Shown: positions 53,719 to 62,700 of the stretch, in pieces | How positions within the stretch are numbered: the first letter of the stretch is position 1 | How the letters are laid out: the number at the start of each line of letters is the position of its first letter | Sequence record: OZ346219.1 | Length of the DNA stretch: 64,000 nt | From: a phage | Reading direction: 5' to 3' (one strand) | Notes under the pieces: generated by a model | Told to the model about the DNA's origin: nothing | Seen by the model: only the letters and a program-made list of their open reading frames with translations | Database searches by the model: none | Position numbers and translations under genes: made by a program

Positions 53719-53890
53719 TAATCCCGTTACCGTAATTATCGGTTAACAGTCGTTCCGTTGCCATGTATGCGCGTACTTTGTTGTTAAAATTCATTACATG
53801 TTGTGCATAGTCACAATGAATCTTTTGACGGTTCCACGCGACAATTGATTGTAGATGTATTACATTAGCCACATTATTAATAACAACCAT
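53648..53890 (-). CDS. hypothetical protein (80 aa)
   Basis: ORF between dda and dexA; overlaps dexA start. Confidence 0.3.
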   Translation of the reverse strand: MVVINNVANVIHLQSIVAWNRQKIHCDYAQHVMNFNNKVRAYMATERLLTDNYGNGIIDCSGFILDKNDLELFRHIAEDI

Positions 53891-54069
53891 ATCAAAACCC
53901 TCGCTTAGTGAAATGCTCGATCATTTTATTGATACATGCAGCTTCACTATCGCCGGACACGTTCCAGCCGTATAGACCCCATCTAAAGCACATGGTAACA
54001 GTTCCATTGTGACGGCTTACCGTCACATCATTAAATTCTGGGATACTTCGCATAATCATAATAATTTCC

Positions 54070-55461
54070 TCAAATATAGTCTACTCGATACCGCGCACGG
54101 GTAACACCCACATATAATAACTGCATTGCCAATTCAAAGTCAACATTGTCTGTACACATGCAAGGAGTATACAGGAACACGCGGTCTACGCTGATCCCTT
54201 GTGACTTATGAATAGTGCAAGCTGGTAATGCTTTTACATTTAAAAACATACGTTTCATCGTCCAGAAAGAGTCCCAATCTGGTTTAAATTTTGGATTCTC
54301 TTTCTTCATTTCGCGATAATGTCCGGCGACCGTATTCAGATAGATAGAGAAAATGTTCTTCTGACGTTGTTCTGTCAGAATGTTGATTTCTACCAAATCC
54401 GGTTTATCTGTAGTGATTCCGACTGCATCTAAACCGACTTTCTGATTTAGGATTTCTTTGTCTTCGTCATCATCGACGCTTTCCACTTTCAGAGTATAGC
54501 CTAAAACTGGTTGCGGATCTACCCCCGTGCAACGTAATGTAAATTCACGCGGTATAACCTCTTTAACTCGGATCATCTCGCCATTGTTAAAAATAACATT
54601 GGGAATCTTCTTTCCGCGTTCATCTCGCAGATATTCGATTAACGGTTCCTGAGTAACCAGAATTTCATCTACAATCACTGGTTCATCGGTGTTATAAACG
54701 CGCTTGCGCACAATTTCATTGAGTTTTTCGACGCTCTTGTTAGTGTAAGCCAGAATACGGTTTTCTAGAAGGTCTTCCGGCGTTTTAACTGTTTCGAAAT
54801 AATGCTTCATAAACTCCGGCAGAGTTGAGCTATGGAATACACCCTCGTTGCCGCACTGCTTTTCGAATACCCATTTACCATTACGGACAGCGGTCGCCAC
54901 ATCAATGATCGGTGCATTAGATCGTTTAATTTCTGTCAACTCCACGTTTTGAAAATTTTCGTCCGTGAAGAAAGGAGAAATTGACGTTGCACCGCTCGGA
55001 TCAACTGGTCGTAACTGGTGTGGATCGCCAACTGCAATAACAACAATTCGACCATTGATACTCTTCATGAGAATATCAAATAGTTTCTTATCGACCATAC
55101 TCGCTTCATCAACAATGATGATCTGAACATCATCTAGCTTAGGAGTATCTTTTTGCTCAAATACTTGAGTATCTTCATAGTTGGTCGGGTTAAGACGCAA
55201 TAAAGCATGTAAAGTAAATGCTTGACGACCTACCGCTTTACTCAAAACTTTTTTAGCCTGGTGGGTAGGCGTTGCCAAAACCACACCAGTTACACCACGG
55301 CGGACCATTTCCTGAACAATGAATTTCATCATTGCGGTTTTACCAGTACCCGCCGCACCACGGACAGTTGTATGCTTCTTTTGTTCAATGCGTTTCATTA
55401 GAACATCAAAAGCATGTTTTTGTCCGTCTGTCAACATATCGAAAGTTAATACTCTGCTCAT
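54070..55461 (-). CDS. dda: DNA helicase Dda (SF1)
   Basis: 463 aa; Walker A GAAGTGKT, Walker B IIVDEASM. Confidence 0.85.
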   Translation of the reverse strand: MSRVLTFDMLTDGQKHAFDVLMKRIEQKKHTTVRGAAGTGKTAMMKFIVQEMVRRGVTGVVLATPTHQAKKVLSKAVGRQAFTLHALLRLNPTNYEDTQVFEQKDTPKLDDVQIIIVDEASMVDKKLFDILMKSINGRIVVIAVGDPHQLRPVDPSGATSISPFFTDENFQNVELTEIKRSNAPIIDVATAVRNGKWVFEKQCGNEGVFHSSTLPEFMKHYFETVKTPEDLLENRILAYTNKSVEKLNEIVRKRVYNTDEPVIVDEILVTQEPLIEYLRDERGKKIPNVIFNNGEMIRVKEVIPREFTLRCTGVDPQPVLGYTLKVESVDDDEDKEILNQKVGLDAVGITTDKPDLVEINILTEQRQKNIFSIYLNTVAGHYREMKKENPKFKPDWDSFWTMKRMFLNVKALPACTIHKSQGISVDRVFLYTPCMCTDNVDFELAMQLLYVGVTRARYRVDYI

Positions 55462-55775
55462 TATCCTAAAATCCTCACCTTGCGAACACAGATAGTATTG
55501 AGTTCTCGCCGTACCCGTTCTTTTTCATATTCAGGAATTTTATATTCGATACCATCCCGAACAATTTCAGAAGACCGGATTATACCAAATTTTCGTTTAG
55601 GCACAACCTTGTATTTCGGTTCACCTGCCAATAGACTCTCACAATAATCTATCTGATCACACATTGACGCTAACGCAGCATCATGTGTTTCGCAAGTTAG
55701 GACGCGACCTTTCGCGTCCACTGAGTATTGAAAGAATCCGTCTTTATCACGATAACATACAGCAAATACATGCAT
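55461..55775 (-). CDS. hypothetical protein (104 aa)
   Basis: ORF upstream of dda. Confidence 0.35.
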   Translation of the reverse strand: MHVFAVCYRDKDGFFQYSVDAKGRVLTCETHDAALASMCDQIDYCESLLAGEPKYKVVPKRKFGIIRSSEIVRDGIEYKIPEYEKERVRRELNTICVRKVRILG

Positions 55776-56530
55776 TATAAACCTACCTTAGCTTTCATCA
55801 ATTCAATCCACGACGCATCAATCGGAAGCCCGTATTTCACGCGTTCTTTTTGTGCTGGCGTTAAGTTCTCATACTTAGAAAGAGATTCAATCAAAACGCT
55901 GGTATATTTTAGCACGATTTCGGTATTGTTTGCAATAGCCTTTAGTTTTTCCTCTTTCTTGTTGATTTCGCTAAGGGCTTGCTTGAGATCTGCAATTTTC
56001 TGATAACGTTCTTCCATACGGAAGAGAGTATTTTTAATCGCTCGCTCTGCTGCCTCTGCTTTCTCCGGTTCGTTGTGCTTTTTGTGGCGCTCGATTGCTA
56101 ATTTCTTTTCTTCGATTGCCATTTCCTGATTTTTGATGCGATTCTCGTTAAGTTCGATCCACTCGATGTACTTCGCACGTAGGGCAATTTCATCATCAGA
56201 AAGTTTACCGTTAGTTCCTAGTTCCTGGATCTCTTTAAGAGATTCGATAGTGTGATTGCCACGGAAAGAATTGTATTTCAGTTTAACCGGAATTACATTG
56301 CCATCAACATATCCCAGATTGCAATCAATGCGCTCTAAGGAGAGTCCGTCATCACCTTCACCGAAAGCCTCACCTGAATAGGCACAATGAGTCTGGCGGT
56401 AAATGTTACGAACAGTGACTAAGCTCATAGAGAAGTCTTTGTTGCGACGTGAAGCACCAGCCATGATAGAGTTCAGCCGGAAAACAACCAGCGCCAATTC
56501 TTCGTTAGATTTAAAAGCAAACAGTTTCAT
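55775..56530 (-). CDS. hypothetical protein with C-terminal coiled coil (251 aa)
   Basis: ORF behind promoter cassette 56560-56588; K/E-rich heptad-like C-terminal half. Confidence 0.4.
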   Translation of the reverse strand: MKLFAFKSNEELALVVFRLNSIMAGASRRNKDFSMSLVTVRNIYRQTHCAYSGEAFGEGDDGLSLERIDCNLGYVDGNVIPVKLKYNSFRGNHTIESLKEIQELGTNGKLSDDEIALRAKYIEWIELNENRIKNQEMAIEEKKLAIERHKKHNEPEKAEAAERAIKNTLFRMEERYQKIADLKQALSEINKKEEKLKAIANNTEIVLKYTSVLIESLSKYENLTPAQKERVKYGLPIDASWIELMKAKVGL

Positions 56531-56559
56531 AATTGATTCTCCTTAGTTGGCATGTGTGT

Positions 56560-56588
56560 ATTATTGTCTATCTGGTTTGTGCTGTCAA
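56560..56588 (-). promoter_or_regulatory. early-type promoter cassette
   Basis: TTGACA, 17 bp, AATAAT. Confidence 0.45.
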
Positions 56589-56591
56589 CAC

Positions 56592-57095
56592 TTAAATTAA
56601 AGAAAATTTGTAAATCTCTATCAGATCGCCATTACACGCGTAAACTTCCTCGATCTCATCAAGGATCATGGTCGTCCCTGTCTTGTATATGCACTCGCGC
56701 TCATCTGCCAACATAGCATACAAAGACAGTCGAGTAGTCGGATTGTCATACTCTTTAGACACCACTCGGTCAATAGCATGTTCGTAATAATTCATGCAAG
56801 GCTTGGTAGGTTTTATTGCAATAATCTTTCCTGTTGCATAAACATCGGTTGCAAAGTCCTCTGCTGTTGATTGCAGTGGCGTAAAGCTCATAGGACGCTC
56901 TACAACGAAAGAATCACCCACAATTAAGGTATCCAGCTTACGGCCTTCTCTTTTTCTCACACCGCGATACAAGGCTTCATGATGCACTAACCGCTCAGTC
57001 TTTTCAATCAATCCATTAAGGATCGACATATCGATATTTTCTTTAGAGTTCATCACTTCATCAATGATGTTAAGTTCTTCTGGTGTAAATTGCAT
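56592..57095 (-). CDS. putative mono-ADP-ribosyltransferase (ModA/ModB-like)
   Basis: Ordered R-S-E-like motifs (LYRGVR ... STAED ... ERE or EIEEV) with typical spacing; T4 mod genes lie between dda and 56. Confidence 0.35.
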   Translation of the reverse strand: MQFTPEELNIIDEVMNSKENIDMSILNGLIEKTERLVHHEALYRGVRKREGRKLDTLIVGDSFVVERPMSFTPLQSTAEDFATDVYATGKIIAIKPTKPCMNYYEHAIDRVVSKEYDNPTTRLSLYAMLADERECIYKTGTTMILDEIEEVYACNGDLIEIYKFSLI

Positions 57096-57100
57096 AATAA

Positions 57101-57128
57101 AAAAGCCTCCAATCTTTCGACGGGAGGC
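57101..57128 (-). terminator. terminator-like hairpin in the leader of 56592-57095
   Basis: Minus-strand GCCTCCCGTCGAAAGATTGGAGGC followed by TTTTTTATT then ATG; the GGAGG in the 3' stem is the only Shine-Dalgarno candidate. Confidence 0.5.
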
Positions 57129-57164
57129 ATAATAAAACCATTATAGAGTAGTGTCAACTAATTT

Positions 57165-57689
57165 TTAGTAGCCGCGTTCTTGACGGGCGAAGTTTTCAGC
57201 ATTTTTCAGATAGTACAGAATAAAGAGTTCTTGAGCGTCAATACCCAGCGGGATCATCTTTGACAGAATGAAGTGGATCGCGTCCACAAATTCAAATTTC
57301 ACTTCAAGCTGATCTTCCGGTGACAGTTCAGAGAATTTACGCGCTCGCGCTTCTCCGTGGTTCTTTTTCCACATTTTCCAGATTGCACTTGCATCTTTAC
57401 CATTGGACATTCCACCCAGCGATGTGTAAAGCTCTCGTGTTTCGTCTGCGATAGCGTCATCCATCCGTTGCATCCAATCCAGCATTTCACCGCAAGTCTC
57501 TAGCTTAGTTGGATTTGGGACCCAATCAAATTTTTCGGATAATGCAACCTGCAAACCAGTTTGCATTTCGAGCATCACCTGAAACGGATCTTTACCTTCT
57601 GCAATCGCGTGATGATATGCGGCGATAGCCGCGTTAATATCTTTTTCGTTAACCAGACCAGCACAAGAATTAAATTCTGACATATTCAC
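57165..57689 (-). CDS. 56: dCTP pyrophosphatase
   Basis: 174 aa; C-terminal SPEDQLEVKFEFVDAIHFIL...LYYLKNAENFARQERGY closely matches T4 gp56. Confidence 0.85.
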   Translation of the reverse strand: MNMSEFNSCAGLVNEKDINAAIAAYHHAIAEGKDPFQVMLEMQTGLQVALSEKFDWVPNPTKLETCGEMLDWMQRMDDAIADETRELYTSLGGMSNGKDASAIWKMWKKNHGEARARKFSELSPEDQLEVKFEFVDAIHFILSKMIPLGIDAQELFILYYLKNAENFARQERGY

Positions 57690-57697
57690 CTCATTAA

Positions 57698-58726
57698 TTA
57701 AAATTTACAATATTTCATAAACCGCATTTTAGCCATCAGACCTTGTACGGTGTTCTCTTTGATATATTCCATGATCTGGTCGCGTGTAGCGCCCTCGTCC
57801 TGAATCATGGCGTTAACGTCTTTAGAATGCCACGGGCAACGGTCCCACAAAACAATCTTTTCCCCTGCATTGATAAACTTTTCCAGTCGGTGCATTGTAT
57901 CGGCAGACCGTGGTTCCGCATCAAGTACAAACACTCGCTGATCAGGGAAAGGAATTTCATCTAATCCCAAAGTACCGCCAGTAATTGCACACCCGTTATC
58001 AATAAACAATGAATCGATCGGACCTTCTAAGAAATACACTGGTTTACTCGGATCGGCGCGTTCAAGACCATAGACCTTACTCGCTAACTCATGAGTTTTA
58101 ATCGTCATATATTTGGTCTTTCCGTAGTCCTTTCTCAATGCTCGCCCCTGAATGGATTCTATCTTGTTCTCGCGGTTAAAGATAGGAATCACTAAACGCG
58201 GTTCAGGTTGTGGATTCTTGAAAGTATCAGCCTTAATGTGATTTGCTACCTTTTGCCATTCTCTCGTGAAATACAGAAGATCCCATTTATCGTGGGGAAT
58301 GCAACGATCACTGACATACTTTATTATAGGATGATTAGCCGGAAGAGTATCTAATCTCTCGCAGAAAGGCAATGTTTGCACTTTCTTAATCTCCGGCTTT
58401 TCTACCTTTTTCAGTGGCTTGAACGTGGTGTTCTTGTGGTCTCCTTGTTCCTTCCGTCGTTCCATAAGCCATTCCCTGAATAGGTCTGGCTTATATTGTT
58501 TAAGAAATTCACCTAACGGCTGATTGTAGTTACAGTTGAAACACGATGCGCGTAACGAGTCTTTATAAGTGTAGATTCTGAAACGCGCCATTGTGCTATT
58601 CTTTTTGGAATCTCCGCAGATCGGACATGAGCATACCAATGTAAATGATTGAGTGTGTAGGCGTTTAAAGTTTCTCTCACCATATATCGCCTTCTCTGCA
58701 ATCTCACAATCTGCGTAGTATATCAT
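57698..58726 (-). CDS. 61: DNA primase
   Basis: 342 aa (same as T4 gp61); N-terminal zinc ribbon CSCPICGD...CFNC. Confidence 0.85.
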   Translation of the reverse strand: MIYYADCEIAEKAIYGERNFKRLHTQSFTLVCSCPICGDSKKNSTMARFRIYTYKDSLRASCFNCNYNQPLGEFLKQYKPDLFREWLMERRKEQGDHKNTTFKPLKKVEKPEIKKVQTLPFCERLDTLPANHPIIKYVSDRCIPHDKWDLLYFTREWQKVANHIKADTFKNPQPEPRLVIPIFNRENKIESIQGRALRKDYGKTKYMTIKTHELASKVYGLERADPSKPVYFLEGPIDSLFIDNGCAITGGTLGLDEIPFPDQRVFVLDAEPRSADTMHRLEKFINAGEKIVLWDRCPWHSKDVNAMIQDEGATRDQIMEYIKENTVQGLMAKMRFMKYCKF

Positions 58727-58730
58727 AATA

Positions 58731-59285
58731 TCACCTCTCTTTATATCGTGATGTTCTGGTCTGACTCTTCCATATTCTTCTTATGGTTATCGTGTGCACT
58801 CCGTATATTATAGCAAGTTCTTTTACAGACGCAACACCCTGTTTAGACCTGATCTCTTCTACTTGATGGTCAGTTAACTTTGCGTTTCCGTGTGTTTCTC
58901 CATAGTTTTTGTTCAATCCTTCTTCTTTAGCGTGTATAAGATTTTCTCTTTGTGTTGTCCACTCAAGGCCATACAGATCAAAATCCTTTTTATCACCAAA
59001 TTTGTGATTTACTACAGGGTAGTTGTTTGGATTTGGTATAAATGCTTCTGCTAATGCCCTATGAATATAAACGCCGACGGTCTTTGGCTTGCCCGACTTT
59101 GTTCTGTTGGCGTAATCTCTTATATTACAAGAGACATAACCTTTTGTTATTTTAGTTGATCTGACCTTGCCAGTGGCTTTATTTCTTAGTTTACCATAAG
59201 AACTAATTTCATATTCTGGATACGATACGCCCATATAAACAAGGTCTTTCCATTCTTCTGGATGTTCATCACAATACCGTTTCAT
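58731..59285 (-). CDS. free-standing HNH homing endonuclease
   Basis: YEISSYGKLRN (NUMOD4-like) then HNH-like core VGVYIHRALAEAF...NHKFGDKKDFDLYGLEWTTQRENL. Confidence 0.7.
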   Translation of the reverse strand: MKRYCDEHPEEWKDLVYMGVSYPEYEISSYGKLRNKATGKVRSTKITKGYVSCNIRDYANRTKSGKPKTVGVYIHRALAEAFIPNPNNYPVVNHKFGDKKDFDLYGLEWTTQRENLIHAKEEGLNKNYGETHGNAKLTDHQVEEIRSKQGVASVKELAIIYGVHTITIRRIWKSQTRTSRYKER

Positions 59286-59300
59286 GATGTTATTAACCTC

Positions 59301-59504
59301 TTATAGCTCAAATTTCATGAAAGTTCCTACACTTTCATTTTCATTCTCTCCGTTTTCATCTAAGCCAAATTTGTAGACACTACCATCTGGCGATGTGTAA
59401 GAGAATACACGAAAACGGCCTACCGAATCAAGTTCTGTAAATTCATATTCTTTTCCGGCTTCAAAAAGTGCATATGTGCTTTTAAGACATTTCATCGTAA
59501 TCAT
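59301..59504 (-). CDS. hypothetical protein (67 aa)
   Basis: ORF upstream of HNH gene. Confidence 0.35.
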   Translation of the reverse strand: MITMKCLKSTYALFEAGKEYEFTELDSVGRFRVFSYTSPDGSVYKFGLDENGENENESVGTFMKFEL

Positions 59505-59824
59505 TTAAGCGCCACCGACAACAGAATGAGAACTACACCAACATACATTGTGATCTCGGATAACTTTTCTGTTTTTGTTTTGTGTCCAGATAATCCGAAA
59601 ACAACAACACCGATAATAGCGGACAGCAAGCCAACGATAAACATGATGATACTAAGCACCGTCTTTCTCCTTTTTGCGTTTTTCTTTACCCGCTACACTA
59701 GGTCCACGATTGGTAATAGATCCGCTCGTTTCACCTGCTGCGATCTTCTCAGGATTGCCGCCAGCATCGCCAGCGGTCATATCTTCTTTGAGTTTATTTT
59801 CTTCAACAAACTGTTTAAAGCCAA

Positions 59825-60202
59825 TCATAGAATAATCTCTTTCAGTAAGTCAACAATCTGGTCTTTCGTCAGTTTATCCTGATTCTCTACAATCTTGATA
59901 ACACAAGCGTTAACATCTTTTCGAGTAACGCGGGAGATCGTTTTAATACGATGAAACGGTTCGTAGAAATATACTGCTTCATTATAGAGCGCAGCAATTT
60001 TTCGACGCATTTGATCTTTATCTGACAAGAAAACAAGTGCTGTTTTATGACCTTCTACACCCGCCACGTTATATAGTTCAGCAACACCCCAGCGACCTTC
60101 CGGTTCAATCATTCCGGCGTGTTTACCGTCGATAAAAATAAGAATATCTCCGTTGAATGCGGTTTTGAATGCTACATCTTCCGGCGTAATCATATTTTTC
60201 AT
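59825..60202 (-). CDS. hypothetical protein (125 aa)
   Basis: ORF between genes 41 and 61. Confidence 0.4.
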   Translation of the reverse strand: MKNMITPEDVAFKTAFNGDILIFIDGKHAGMIEPEGRWGVAELYNVAGVEGHKTALVFLSDKDQMRRKIAALYNEAVYFYEPFHRIKTISRVTRKDVNACVIKIVENQDKLTKDQIVDLLKEIIL

Positions 60203-60232
60203 AATATAGTCTCCTTAGAGTTTCATTATAGA

Positions 60233-60868
60233 TCAAGCGAATGTAGAAAGCAAATGTTTTGTTTCTTTCAGTTGTCGTTCAAGATCTTTGCGTTTCTCTT
60301 TAAGTTGCATTTTAGCATTATTTCGCTGTTTTTCAACATCTTTATCAATGCTCTTATTCCAGTTATCAATATCAGAATAAGTTGGCATACCCAATTCTAG
60401 ACCTAATGCGGTTGGATACAGGGTAACAGTCCATAAACCGCTAATCTTCTTAAATAGGTCTGGGTGTAGTGTACTATCTACATCTTCTGGTGTCAACTCT
60501 TTTTCTTCTTTCAGTGGTGGGATCTCGTCATATGGTTCCAGTGCATTTACTTTAATATCAGATACCTCATCAAAGAATCCGCGTACATCCGCAGGAAATA
60601 CACAAGCAATTTCCCAACCGTGATCACGCAGAGAAGTAATATTTTTCACTCCCCCACCATGTGTGATGATTGATGTGACATTGCCATCAAGGTCCACCGA
60701 ATTTACGAGAAATGGCTTATCGTCTGTCAGATCATTATAAAACTGTGCTTCGGCTGTAGTCATCTCCAGAAACAGATCTCGGATCGTACGACCATCAGGT
60801 GCGTTACCTTCCTTGAGAGTATAAAAGCGACTTACGATCCATTTTGGCGGTAAAGCATTAGCGATCAT
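60233..60868 (-). CDS. hypothetical protein (211 aa)
   Basis: ORF immediately downstream of gene 41. Confidence 0.4.
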   Translation of the reverse strand: MIANALPPKWIVSRFYTLKEGNAPDGRTIRDLFLEMTTAEAQFYNDLTDDKPFLVNSVDLDGNVTSIITHGGGVKNITSLRDHGWEIACVFPADVRGFFDEVSDIKVNALEPYDEIPPLKEEKELTPEDVDSTLHPDLFKKISGLWTVTLYPTALGLELGMPTYSDIDNWNKSIDKDVEKQRNNAKMQLKEKRKDLERQLKETKHLLSTFA

Positions 60869-60918
60869 GTTATATCTCCTATCAAATCATTCACCAGCGC
60901 CCCGCAGGGCGCATTTTA

Positions 60919-62331
60919 TTAGAAAGTCATGTTATTTGCTAGCTCGTCGAGTTTTTCTCGTTTCTCGGCTTGCTGTGCGCTTTGTGGTTTAACTTGTGCA
61001 TTCTCCTGATCTGCGATCTGGTTTGGTACTTCATACCAACGCTGATTGCCTTTTTTCACACCAACGTTAAACCGTGAATAATAGTTCTTATCACCGTAAC
61101 GAGACTTGATCTGCTTCATGAGTTGGACGCCCATTTTAGCCAGGTCTTCGGTTTCGATAACACCCAACATAAAGTCGGCAGTAGCCGGAAGACCTGCTGA
61201 TTCAGCGGTATCACTCATGTTAAGGTCGGAAGCATCCCAACCCGCGCGGGTAGTCTGTGCCGCAGTCCAACCAACAACATCCCACTTAACAAAAAATCCT
61301 CGCAGTTCTTCCGCAATCGCCTTAACTAGTGTGTAACTATTTTCAGAGTATACACGCAAGCGAGACGATGCGCAAATCCCCAGATAGTCAACAATCACAA
61401 CATCAGGTTTAAACTGTTTCTTGAGTCGCAATTCATTCATTAACGCCTCAAAGTGATTGGAGTTCGCGCCACCAGTCGGATACTGCTTGATCATCAATTT
61501 TCCAACCGGACGATCTCCGATCTTCTTATTCTTAACACGCTTCATACGTGCGGAATATTCCGCAAAAGAAACATTACCATTATCCAATTCATCTAATGTA
61601 ATGTCAAGCAAGTTTGCGTCGATACGTTTGGCTACGACATGCTCTGCCATCTCCATTGAGATATACAATACATCATAACCACATTCCATATAATCCGCAG
61701 CAAGAGAACATAATCCAAGCGATTTACCAACATTTACACCAGCAAGCAACACATTTAGCGTTTTTCTTTCCGCACCTCCTTTCGTGATTTTATTCAACAT
61801 CGGCAGCTTAAACGGGATCTTATTCGCCTTAGTCTGATATAGCAAGAATCGTTTTTCAAAGTCATTAAACCAGTCATGACCTACATCAGAATCAAACGTA
61901 ATGGATAGTGCTTCCTGCATGATCTCAGGAATAGCACCCTCACTCGGCAATTTCTTATTCTGTTTCTCTTTTGGTAGTTGTGCGTTCGCCTGAATCTCTA
62001 GCGCCCGTGACATTGCATTATACATGGCACGGTCACGAATAAATTTTTCGGTTTCCTTCATTAACCAATCAAGGTCTTCCGGTGTATTCTCCAGCGAATC
62101 GAGAAGAGTTTTCGCCCCTTCATATGTTGTCTGATTGCCTCTCTCCTTGTCTAAAGCAATCTGTAATGCTGTTGGCGTAGGAATATTGGAATATTCGTCT
62201 ACGTGCTTTTTAATCAGCTTATAAATCAGTTTTTCTTCGTCTTCGGTGAAGTAGTCCGCTTTAAGGTGAGGCCATACATTCGTAAAGAATGCGCCATTGT
62301 AAATCAACTGTGAAAAGATAGTTTTAATCAT
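60919..62331 (-). CDS. 41: replicative DNA helicase (DnaB-like)
   Basis: 470 aa; Walker A GVNVGKS; T4 gp41 size. Confidence 0.9.
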   Translation of the reverse strand: MIKTIFSQLIYNGAFFTNVWPHLKADYFTEDEEKLIYKLIKKHVDEYSNIPTPTALQIALDKERGNQTTYEGAKTLLDSLENTPEDLDWLMKETEKFIRDRAMYNAMSRALEIQANAQLPKEKQNKKLPSEGAIPEIMQEALSITFDSDVGHDWFNDFEKRFLLYQTKANKIPFKLPMLNKITKGGAERKTLNVLLAGVNVGKSLGLCSLAADYMECGYDVLYISMEMAEHVVAKRIDANLLDITLDELDNGNVSFAEYSARMKRVKNKKIGDRPVGKLMIKQYPTGGANSNHFEALMNELRLKKQFKPDVVIVDYLGICASSRLRVYSENSYTLVKAIAEELRGFFVKWDVVGWTAAQTTRAGWDASDLNMSDTAESAGLPATADFMLGVIETEDLAKMGVQLMKQIKSRYGDKNYYSRFNVGVKKGNQRWYEVPNQIADQENAQVKPQSAQQAEKREKLDELANNMTF

Positions 62332-62645
62332 ACATAGCCCCCAACTACACGCATAACAAAGGTCTTGAGTTTATACCAGAAAGTTTCTTTTTTCAACTTT
62401 TCTTCTGCTTCTTTGATCTGCGCGGTTAACGCCTTAATGACGTGTGGATATACCACATCACGATCTGACGGCGTGGAGTAGTCGACCACAATACCTTTAG
62501 TGTCTGGATCGTATTCAACATTATGAATATAGACAATATGATGTTCTCCCTCTTCATCAACAATTATCAATTCCTGAATAACTGTCTTCATTGCTTCTTG
62601 AATCAAGCCGTGTGCTTCTTCTAAACTTGTTGGCTTCTTATCCAT
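62328..62645 (-). CDS. gp40-like protein (by position)
   Basis: 105 aa between uvsX and 41 as T4 gene 40. Confidence 0.35.
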   Translation of the reverse strand: MDKKPTSLEEAHGLIQEAMKTVIQELIIVDEEGEHHIVYIHNVEYDPDTKGIVVDYSTPSDRDVVYPHVIKALTAQIKEAEEKLKKETFWYKLKTFVMRVVGGYV

Positions 62646-62700
62646 AATATAATCCTCTCTAGATATGAAAAAGGGGCACGTAGCCCCTTTACTACCATTG

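Noticed and set aside
57130-57158. A 24th promoter cassette between gene 56 and the ADP-ribosyltransferase-like gene
   Set aside because: TTGACA and TATAAT are only 6 bp apart on the minus strand, so this cannot be a standard sigma70 promoter; treated as a degenerate cassette plus leader hairpin.
59501-59828. Two further sub-60-aa minus-strand ORFs (a hydrophilic ORF at 59652-59828 and a two-TM ORF at 59501-59644) between genes 41 and 61
   Set aside because: Hand-translated only, start codons uncertain, no comparative support; the overlapping plus-strand ORF 59526-59882 is judged antisense.
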